From NCBI RefSeq assembly GCF_008189525.1, contig NZ_CP043314.1, forward strand, positions 330,001 through 362,000: a DNA stretch of 32,000 nt. Direction: 5' to 3'. Shown in pieces: positions 17,770-24,761 of the stretch. The notes under the pieces were generated by a model. The model worked only from the letters and a program-made list of their open reading frames with translations, ran no database searches and was not told the DNA's origin. Each line of letters opens with the position of its first letter. The stretch's first letter is position 1. Source of the DNA: Candidatus Saccharimonadota bacterium. Its GTDB lineage: Bacteria; Pseudomonadota; Alphaproteobacteria; CAJXXZ01; 1604HC. Both the position numbers and the translations under genes were made by a program.

Positions 17770-17850
17770 GGTAAGCAAGCAGCTTATTATGGTAAGCAAA
17801 CAGCTTATTATGGTAAGCAAACAGCTTAGCTTATTATGGTAAGCAAATAA
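17770..17850. repeat. 21-bp tandem repeat array (~3.6 units) in the rho-rnhB spacer; each unit can form a small hairpin
   Basis: Units: ggtaagcaagcagcttattat (17770-17790), ggtaagcaaacagcttattat (17791-17811), ggtaagcaaacagcttAGCTTattat (17812-17837, with an internal 5-bp duplication) and a partial ggtaagcaaataa (17838-17850). Each unit contains taagc-aaaca-gctta, a 5-bp stem with a 5-nt loop. Confidence 0.92.
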
Positions 17851-17899
17851 CTGATATAGTCTGAAATTATATAAAAAATATAAAAATGGAACAACTTAT

Positions 17900-18496
17900 A
17901 TGAATACACATAAAAATATTTTGTACATAGATGAGGTAGGGTATGGGCCAATAGCTGGACCTGTAGTTTGTTGTGGAATTTTAGGAAAACACATAGAAAA
18001 CTTTCCAATACAAGATTCAAAAATGCTTTCTAAGAAAAAAAGGCATGAAATTCTAGGTTATTTATTTTCCAAACATATTTGGTCTATTGGTTGGGCAGAT
18101 CCTCAAGAAATAGATCTAAAAGGTATTAGAAAAGCTACTGACAATTCTTTTCAAAGAGCAATCTTAAACATTTCCAGAAAATATAAAATAGATAAAATAA
18201 TCATAGATGGAAAATATAAACCAAAGTTAGATTGTACGTACTTAGATTTGTATAATAATGAAAGAAATTTAAAAGATATAAAAATAGAATCCTTAATAAA
18301 AGGGGATTGCAATAATATATATATTTCTCATGCTTCTATTATAGCAAAAGAAATGAGGGATTTTTGTATGAAGAAAGTAGATCAGCCATTTTTATGGCAG
18401 AAAAACTCAGGATATGGCACTGCAGAACACTTGCTTTTGATCAAGAAATTTTCTACACACAAAATGCATAGAAGAAGCTATAATTTTCCAAGATAA
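17900..18496 (+). CDS. rnhB: Ribonuclease HII
   Basis: 198 aa. Motifs: IDEVGYGPIAGPVVCCG (canonical DEAGRGPLAGPVV), DSKMLSKKKRHEI, IIDGKYKP, KGDCNNIYISHASIIAKEMRD and GYGTAEHLLLIKKFSTHKMHRRSY. Confidence 0.92.
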   Translation: MNTHKNILYIDEVGYGPIAGPVVCCGILGKHIENFPIQDSKMLSKKKRHEILGYLFSKHIWSIGWADPQEIDLKGIRKATDNSFQRAILNISRKYKIDKIIIDGKYKPKLDCTYLDLYNNERNLKDIKIESLIKGDCNNIYISHASIIAKEMRDFCMKKVDQPFLWQKNSGYGTAEHLLLIKKFSTHKMHRRSYNFPR

Positions 18497-18730
18497 ATTC
18501 ACTACCTTCCTTGGTAATTATTGTAATAATAGCTGAGAACATAAAAAACATACGAAGTGTAAAAAATCAATTCAGATAAATATTTATTTAAAGAAATCGT
18601 AATTTTTTAATTTTATACTACCTTAAAAAAATACGCAGTTAAGTTTATTATAATATAAAAAAGATTAAAAATGGTTATAAAATCATGAAAATCACTACAA
18701 CATATTATAAAAATAAATTATAATTAGTCC

Positions 18731-20167
18731 ATGTTTTTAAAATCTTTATTACTTTTTACTACACTAGTTAGCACATCTTTAAGTTCTAAAACTTATGTTT
18801 CAAAATCAAGACAAGCATTCAATGCTAATAGTGGAACAAAGTTTTCTTTAAAACTATCAACTGAGATGGAATCAATTTACTCTTCACAAGATGAAAAGCC
18901 AGTAAATTATTTAGTCTCTAAATCAAAGGTTGCAGATGAGACAGCTTTAAATAACATAGAAATAAAAATCAGAGATGGATTATTAACAGAAAAAGTAGAT
19001 AAAAAACCTTTTGATAACCTTTATTTCAAAATAGGCAAGGTAGTTTTCGGACTCTCACATGAAAATGAATCTAAACTTACATTTGGAATAGAAACAAAAA
19101 TAAAATTAATTCCAGAAAATTTTGCTGTAAAGAATCTATACGTTTATTTCAAGCAAGCTTATGGAAAAAATGACAGCCAAGATTTATATATATGCTTAGG
19201 ATCATTGAAAGGCGCAGAGGATGACATAGCGTTCTACTCAACTTCACTTATTTCAGATAAGTTTGAAAGCTTTTTCTCATCAAGAGAGACATTGCCATCT
19301 CCAAATGTAATTTCCTCACCAGTTTCAATGACCACCTCTGGAGATGCAGCAAAAATCTATTTGAAAAACATTTCTAAAATTTCATCAAAAGATACATTAA
19401 AAGTAGGACTTAGCTATGCTCCAGAAGTTGGAAACATGGGATCTTCCTATACAAATACTAAGATCAACAAATATAGTAAAAAAACCAATCATGTAGCCTT
19501 TGCAACTTGTTTAGAAAAATCAGTTTCTGATCATGATACGATGATTCTTGGTGCAAACATTGGTTCATATGCAAGACATAATAATGAATATGCTTTATTT
19601 AATAGAAACACTTGCGCAAACATTGGAATTGGGTATAAAAACAGCTCATTTTCTGCAGGAACTAGCTTCCAATACAATTTCTCTAAAGATGTAGAAAAAT
19701 ATTTAAAAACAATTGATTTTCAAGGCTTAACAGAAGGTAAAACCAAAAATTCAGAGGAGCTTTTATTACTGAACCATGATAAATCCAAAGGAAATGGTGG
19801 TTCTTCAGCTTGCTTTACGTTAAGATACATTTTCCCAAGAGGTGTTCTTCATAGATCAGAGTTTGCTTTCTCATATTTATTTTCTAGTAGAGAAACTGAA
19901 TTTTCAATAGATTCTCAATCAGTACTTGCAACATCACATGTATTTTGTCTTGGTTTTTCAAAGCCTGTACATAAAAATGCAGATGCTGGAATAAGACTAA
20001 CTATTAATAGAAGTCAAAACAAAGCAGACCTAGTGGAGAAAATCTATTCTGAAGTCTGTAATGGAAAATTAAATGATTCTGAGAGAACTTTAAATCATAT
20101 GAAAGAATCCAATGGATTAGAACTTGCATTTTTCTTAAAAGCTAAGCTATCCAAAATCACTAAATAA
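18731..20167 (+). CDS. Putative outer-membrane beta-barrel/porin-like protein (ORFan)
   Basis: 478 aa. The signal peptide is MFLKSLLLFTTLVSTSLSS. Many amphipathic beta-strand-like segments with aromatic girdle residues are present: KLTFGIETKIKLI, LKVGLSYAPEVG, ANIGIGYKNSSFSAGTSFQYNF, ACFTLRYIF, SEFAFSYLFS, AGIRLTINRS and LELAFFLKAKL. It ends only 26 bp before rsmA. Confidence 0.6.
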   Translation: MFLKSLLLFTTLVSTSLSSKTYVSKSRQAFNANSGTKFSLKLSTEMESIYSSQDEKPVNYLVSKSKVADETALNNIEIKIRDGLLTEKVDKKPFDNLYFKIGKVVFGLSHENESKLTFGIETKIKLIPENFAVKNLYVYFKQAYGKNDSQDLYICLGSLKGAEDDIAFYSTSLISDKFESFFSSRETLPSPNVISSPVSMTTSGDAAKIYLKNISKISSKDTLKVGLSYAPEVGNMGSSYTNTKINKYSKKTNHVAFATCLEKSVSDHDTMILGANIGSYARHNNEYALFNRNTCANIGIGYKNSSFSAGTSFQYNFSKDVEKYLKTIDFQGLTEGKTKNSEELLLLNHDKSKGNGGSSACFTLRYIFPRGVLHRSEFAFSYLFSSRETEFSIDSQSVLATSHVFCLGFSKPVHKNADAGIRLTINRSQNKADLVEKIYSEVCNGKLNDSERTLNHMKESNGLELAFFLKAKLSKITK

Positions 20168-20193
20168 TTCGTGCTATCAGAAAGGTTTTTTAA

Positions 20194-21036
20194 ATGAATT
20201 CTAAAATAAGAACTAAAAAATCCTTAGGTCAACATTTTTTGACAAACAAGTTTGCCCTAAACAGAATAGCTGAATCAGCTTTATTACCAGTGCTTTTAAA
20301 TGATGTAAATGCACTTTGTCAGATAGTAGAAATAGGGCCAGGAACTGGTAATCTGACAAAATTTCTAATAAAACATGGTGCAAAAAAACTATTAGCAATA
20401 GAAAAAGATCAAAGATTTATTGAAATAATCGAAAGCATTTTTGAGTCAGAAACTGGTAAAGAAAAAAATTTAGAAGATTGTAAAAAAGATTATAAAATAA
20501 TTCTAAGAGACATATTAGATTTTGATTGGAAGGATTTACATAATAAAAATACAGTAGTTGGAAACCTACCTTATAATATATCTGTAAAAATAATAATAAA
20601 CTGGCTCAAATTCTCAAATAACTCAAATTTTGGGATTTTCATGGTTCAAAAAGAAATAGCACAAAAAATAATTAGTAAAAATAAAAACACTTTTGGTAGG
20701 TTAAGTATAGTCACTGATTTTCTTTCATCATCAAAAGAAACTTTGCTTGAAATCAGTCCAAATTCATTTAGCCCACCACCGAAAGTAATGTCTCAAGTAA
20801 TTAAAATAACTCCCAAGAAAAACTTCAATTCAATGGTTTTGGAAGAATTGGATTATATAACAAAGTTATGCTTTAGCAAACCTAGAAAAACTTTAAAAAA
20901 CAATATAAGCCCAGATAAATTATTAACTGAAATATTTGCAAAAGTTGTAGACATTGATAAGGTTAGGCCATCTGAAGTGACATCTATCCAATATCAACGT
21001 GTAGCTGAAATTTACTTAAATGAAAGTAAATCATAG
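20194..21036 (+). CDS. rsmA: 16S rRNA (adenine1518/1519-N6)-dimethyltransferase
   Basis: 280 aa. Motifs: KKSLGQHFL, the SAM-binding VEIGPGTGNLT, and the catalytic GNLPYNIS. Also FSPPPKV. An insert (ESETGKEKNLEDCKKDYK) follows motif II. Confidence 0.93.
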   Translation: MNSKIRTKKSLGQHFLTNKFALNRIAESALLPVLLNDVNALCQIVEIGPGTGNLTKFLIKHGAKKLLAIEKDQRFIEIIESIFESETGKEKNLEDCKKDYKIILRDILDFDWKDLHNKNTVVGNLPYNISVKIIINWLKFSNNSNFGIFMVQKEIAQKIISKNKNTFGRLSIVTDFLSSSKETLLEISPNSFSPPPKVMSQVIKITPKKNFNSMVLEELDYITKLCFSKPRKTLKNNISPDKLLTEIFAKVVDIDKVRPSEVTSIQYQRVAEIYLNESKS

Positions 21037-21270
21037 TTAACTAAACCGCTACTCATAAAAATTAATTTTTAATCATATATTTACAAACAATGAAAATGTA
21101 CACTTAGAAAATATTGTATATTATTGTAATCTTTTGTATAGAGCTATAAGCCATAATAAGTAAGGTAATTCCATAATTAAATAAAACCCTATTTAAAATT
21201 ATTTTCAAACATGAGAGTAATATAAAAAATCAATTCATCAGATGATAAACATTAGGAAATATACAGAAAG

Positions 21271-21344
21271 CAGGCACTGTAGGATTCGAACCTACGACCA
21301 ACTGATTAAAAGTCAGTTGCTCTACCAGGCTGAGCTAAGTGCCC
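21271..21344 (-). tRNA. tRNA-Lys (anticodon UUU)
   Basis: The reverse complement folds as a cloverleaf: GGGCACT TA GCTC AGCCTGGTA GAGC A ACTGA CTTTTAA TCAGT TGGTC GTAGG TTCGAAT CCTAC AGTGCCT G. The anticodon loop CTTTTAA gives UUU. CCA is not encoded. Confidence 0.93.
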
Positions 21345-21357
21345 CCTGTAGAGCTTA

Positions 21358-21386
21358 ATTATATTTTTTTTAGACCTCTATGTCAA
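21358..21386 (-). promoter_or_regulatory. Perfect-consensus sigma70-type promoter for tRNA-Lys
   Basis: The minus strand reads TTGACA (21386-21381), a 17-nt spacer (tagaggtctaaaaaaaa), then TATAAT (21363-21358). The mature tRNA 5' end at 21344 lies 13 nt after the -10 hexamer. Confidence 0.7.
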
Positions 21387-21609
21387 TATATTGGATATAA
21401 AATGTAATCTTAATCTATTATAAAGTTCCATTATTCAAACTCTTCTTATCAACAAAATATAAATAGTAAATTCTGTAAAATAAACATAATAATCCACTTT
21501 AATTCTATAAGAACTTTATTTTAAACCTATATAAACTACATAAATAGAACTTATAAAAGAACTTTAAGGGTTATGTTTATGAATTTAATAACAGGGTGTT
21601 AATAAAGAT

Positions 21610-21691
21610 TACCTCCGGAGAGATTCGAACTCTCACATTCTAGGAATAGCAGATTTTGAGTCTGCCGCGTCTACCATTCCGCCACAGAGGC
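21610..21691 (-). tRNA. tRNA-Leu (anticodon CAA), class II with long variable arm
   Basis: The reverse complement reads GCCTCTG TG GCGGAATGGTAGACGC G GCAGA CTCAAAA TCTGC TATTCCTAGAATGT GAGAG TTCGAAT CTCTC CGGAGGT A. The anticodon loop CTCAAAA gives CAA. The 14-nt variable arm fits Leu. CCA is not encoded. Confidence 0.9.
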
Positions 21692-21699
21692 AATGAATC

Positions 21700-21728
21700 A
21701 TTTTCTTATAAAAATCTTTACATGTCAA
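21700..21728 (-). promoter_or_regulatory. Candidate promoter for tRNA-Leu
   Basis: The minus strand reads TTGACA (21728-21723), a 17-nt spacer, then GAAAAT (21705-21700). The tRNA 5' end lies 8 nt after the -10-like hexamer. The -35 is perfect but the -10 matches only 4 of 6. Confidence 0.4.
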
Positions 21729-22024
21729 TAATATGATCTAAAACCATAATACAAATAGGATATATTGGTAGAAACTACTAGTCATAGAGCAATTAAGCTA
21801 GAAAATAATGTCAGCGCATTAAAAGATACCCACAAATATATTACAAATCATTAAAATAAGATCTATATATAAAAACTAAACTTATAAGAAAATTAATTCA
21901 TAAATTTATAATAATGCTTCTTATAAGTAATATATCTATACTTTTTTACTTTTTTATGTAGTTATAAAGAATTTACATCCACAATTTAATCAGTGGTAAA
22001 TTTTATTACAGGAAATATAATTTA

Positions 22025-22549
22025 TCAGAAATTTGCAGATTGTACATTTTGTTTATTAGATTCTTTAATATCTTGTACAATTTTCTTTTCATTTTCATCA
22101 ATGAAGTATGAAATATCCACTTCTGTGCCAGGATTTAGATCATAAAAGTTAATTTTATTTTCTCTGATTGCCTTTCCAGGTAGAAACACATCATAGTTAT
22201 CAACTCTTACAAATCCATAGTCATCTATTTCGTTAAACCATTTAATGTAACCTTTGCATTCTTGCAAGTCCATTTTCTCAGATTTAGAACCCAAAACTTC
22301 ATGTACTGCAATTACTTGAGGTTTCTGCATATGTCCGTTCAAATTTATATCACAAACTATATTAGATGAAGGGGATAAAACAAGGTCTTTTTTGAACAAT
22401 AGCAAAACAGAAGAATGTATAAAAATATCCTCCTTGATTTGCTCATTTACAACAAAACCATATCCCCTTTTAGCTTTAAACCATTTTACTTTACAATTAA
22501 TGTTTTTTAGTAAATTAGGCGAAAAAGAGTACAAGTCGTTCAATTTCAT
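22025..22549 (-). CDS. Cold-shock-domain protein with two tandem CSDs
   Basis: 174 aa. CSD1 is KVKWFKAKRGYGFVVNEQIKEDIFIHSSVL and CSD2 is GYIKWFNEIDDYGFVRVDNYDVFLPGKAI (RNP1-like K/RGYGF and DYGF motifs). AAGGAGG (22552-22558) lies immediately upstream, only 2 nt from the ATG. A TTG at 22543 would give 8-nt spacing. Confidence 0.85.
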   Translation of the reverse strand: MKLNDLYSFSPNLLKNINCKVKWFKAKRGYGFVVNEQIKEDIFIHSSVLLLFKKDLVLSPSSNIVCDINLNGHMQKPQVIAVHEVLGSKSEKMDLQECKGYIKWFNEIDDYGFVRVDNYDVFLPGKAIRENKINFYDLNPGTEVDISYFIDENEKKIVQDIKESNKQNVQSANF

Positions 22550-22692
22550 ATCCTCCTTAAATAAATTTTAATAATAGAAGGATTATGTCATTGTTTTACA
22601 AACAAAACAATAGCAAAATAGAGACTCTCACGTATTTTTCATATGATCTTCAGGAGAATATATAGATATTTATTCTTCCTACATTTCCAAGT

Positions 22693-22766
22693 TGGCTGGG
22701 AAACCTGGATTCGAACCAAGATTACCTAATCCAGAGTCAGGTGTTCTGCCGTTAAACTATTTCCCA
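22693..22766 (-). tRNA. tRNA-Gln (anticodon CUG), CCA encoded
   Basis: The reverse complement reads TGGGAAA TA GTTT AACGGCA GAAC A CCTGA CTCTGGA TTAGG TAAT CTTGG TTCGAAT CCAGG TTTCCCA G CCA. It has the U1-A72 pair, G2-C71, G3-C70 and G73, which are the classical tRNA-Gln identity set. The anticodon loop CTCTGGA gives CUG. Confidence 0.85.
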
Positions 22767-23026
22767 TTTTTTTTGCACAACCCTAGTTATCATATACAAA
22801 AAATTATTCTTTACAACCCTTTTTTAGTAAATTTTTCAATATTTTTATAATTATACTAAAAAACCATAGCTATTTTCAAATAATTGCACTAGATATTCTA
22901 TTAATACATTTCTTCATATCTATACAATATGCTCTAAACATGTCTAATAATTCTAAAAATAAACAACACACAGCTCTACAGCTCTAATACAACTCTAAAA
23001 TTAACCTGTAAATAACTAAAAGATTA

Positions 23027-24241
23027 TTAAAGTATATTTTTAATTATACTAAACATAGCAAAAATTATAGAAAATAAAGAAACAGCTCCATAAGCTAAAT
23101 TTGTAAATGTTTTCTTGTTTTGCTTCAGCACAACTGAGAAAAACGCAAAATTAGCAAAAAGGTATATAGAAAATGTCATTAACACTAAAATCTCTGTCAT
23201 AAGCTCGAAATGACTCAGAATACTCTCTTGATAAGTTAAAGTTATAAATAAAGTAGATAAAACACTAGAAATCCACAAACCAATCGCAGGAGAACCGAAT
23301 TTATTCTGTTTTGCAAATATTCTCGGCATAAGCCCTTCATTTGCAGAATCTTGTATTATTATTCCAGAAGTAAAAACCCACCCATATATCGTTCCAAGTA
23401 TTAACATGACAGAAAGGGCTCTGATGAAATATCCTACATAGCAAGAGTAGCTATTTGGAAGTATAAAACATAACAAATCTGCATAAGGAGATGTGGAGCT
23501 GGACAAATTAGGTATTAACTTAACCATAACCCAGAAACCTAACATGTATATCAAAGATATTATACATAAGCTTAAGGTTAATGCCCTTGGTATATTTTTC
23601 TCAGGATTTTCAACTTTTTTGGAAATTATTACAGCGGTTTCTATTCCTAAGAATGCCCATAAAGCTATAGGAATTCCTTTATAAATTGCCTGATTAAAAT
23701 CATAAACTGGTGGAAAAGGTATTTCTGAAAAATATGCTTTATAAAAACACATCATAGGGATTACAAGCAAAGGAATAACCTTTATAAAAGCAACAGCAAT
23801 CTCTATGATTTCTACCATTCTTATATCGAATGAATTAGCAAGTGTTATTAATGACATGATTAAAAATGAATAAAAGAACACCTTAGAAAAAGAAATGCTA
23901 TAAAGACCCATATAAGAGAACAGTGTAGCTATCATTGACCCGTTACCAAAAACAACAGAAAGCCAATACACAAACGCAGCCACTGCTCCAGCTTTTTCTC
24001 CAAACATGCTTTTTATTGGACCATGCACTCCTTGACAACCTGTCCAAGTTTGCAGTTTAAAGAATACCATACCTATAGAAAACATAGCTAAGGCGCTCAA
24101 AAAGTATGCATAAATACCAAATGAACCAAATCTTGCTAAACTAGAAGGAAGCAACAATACACCACTCCCGATTATATTACCTATTATAAATGAATTAAGT
24201 GATAGGAAGTTTATTTTTTTTCGCACAAACAAAAATATCAC
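23027..24241 (-). CDS. APC-superfamily permease, basic amino acid/polyamine antiporter (APA: AdiC/PotE/CadB/ArcD-like) family
   Basis: 404 aa, about 11-12 TM segments. GNIIGSGVLLLPSSLARFGSFGIYAYF matches the AdiC-type SGNIMGSGVFLLPANLA motif. Also LWAFLGIETAVIISKKVENPEKNIPRAL (canonical LWSFIGVESA....VKNP.RN.P.A) and ANEGLMPRIFAKQNKFGSPAIGL. A GTG start is assumed and the true start is uncertain. Confidence 0.88.
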   Translation of the reverse strand: MIFLFVRKKINFLSLNSFIIGNIIGSGVLLLPSSLARFGSFGIYAYFLSALAMFSIGMVFFKLQTWTGCQGVHGPIKSMFGEKAGAVAAFVYWLSVVFGNGSMIATLFSYMGLYSISFSKVFFYSFLIMSLITLANSFDIRMVEIIEIAVAFIKVIPLLVIPMMCFYKAYFSEIPFPPVYDFNQAIYKGIPIALWAFLGIETAVIISKKVENPEKNIPRALTLSLCIISLIYMLGFWVMVKLIPNLSSSTSPYADLLCFILPNSYSCYVGYFIRALSVMLILGTIYGWVFTSGIIIQDSANEGLMPRIFAKQNKFGSPAIGLWISSVLSTLFITLTYQESILSHFELMTEILVLMTFSIYLFANFAFFSVVLKQNKKTFTNLAYGAVSLFSIIFAMFSIIKNIL

Positions 24242-24608
24242 ATGAAAAACAAAATAGAAAGTGCTTTCTACTAATAATCTCCAGTATTTTTAAAATAGCT
24301 TCAAGAAAAAGTTATAAAAATGTAAGTAAAACAAATTCAGATCATAATTTCTACATAAAAAGCTAAATAAATTTTATAAACAGAGCTAAAAATTATACAC
24401 AAACTCAAAAAGAGTTGACAAGAATGCTATATGAATAAACTAAATATATTATTAAATTCTTTGACTTTATTACTTCATTTCTAGAAAACGTAATAATAAT
24501 GATCTAATAAATGAGAACATTGTCTAGATTTTCAGGTAATTAAATAGGGGGTAGGGAAGCAGACATAATAATCAACTCACCATATGATATTTAAATTATA
24601 TAACTTTT

Positions 24609-24627
24609 TTAGAAATTTATTTTCTAA
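24609..24627. other. AT-rich hairpin (ttagaaa-tttat-tttctaa) in the 520-bp spacer
   Basis: A 7-bp perfect inverted repeat around a 5-nt loop, read directly. Confidence 0.5.
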
Positions 24628-24660
24628 ATATTATATTATTACTATGTTTTATGTTTGAAT

Positions 24661-24687
24661 TTTATACACTTTTATACATTTATACAT
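24661..24687. repeat. Degenerate 8-10-bp tandem repeat (tttatacac / ttttatacat / ttatacat)
   Basis: Read directly. Three consecutive ttatacaY units lie downstream of the giant ORF stop. Confidence 0.8.
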
Positions 24688-24697
24688 GAATTTCATC

Positions 24698-24714
24698 TCA
24701 GTAAGTCTTACTGA
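24698..24714. terminator. Palindromic hairpin 48 nt downstream of the giant ORF stop (possible terminator)
   Basis: tcagtaag-t-cttactga is an 8-bp perfect palindrome arm. On the plus strand aaaatt follows it. There is no clean U-tract on the minus-strand transcript. Confidence 0.3.
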
Positions 24715-24761
24715 AAATTCTATTAAATAGCGTTTTATTGTAACTATATATAAAGCAAAGT

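Noticed and set aside
17770-17850. CRISPR array
   Set aside because: The 21-bp units are directly adjacent with no unique spacers. There are only ~3.6 copies, and no cas genes occur in the window. It is a simple tandem repeat.
21271-24241. tRNA-associated genomic island (three tRNAs next to the permease and the giant ORFan)
   Set aside because: There is no integrase. I could not find a direct repeat of any tRNA 3' end. The ORFans lie on the 5' side of the tRNA genes rather than the 3' attachment side, and their codon third positions follow the native AT bias.
24543-24565. G-rich island containing ggaagcagac, reminiscent of the SRP (4.5S) RNA GGAAGCAGCC motif
   Set aside because: No complementary C-rich strand lies nearby to form the domain IV helix. 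No GNRA-capped hairpin is present, and the flanks cannot pair beyond 5 bp (tgtct/agaca). It does not fold like ffs.
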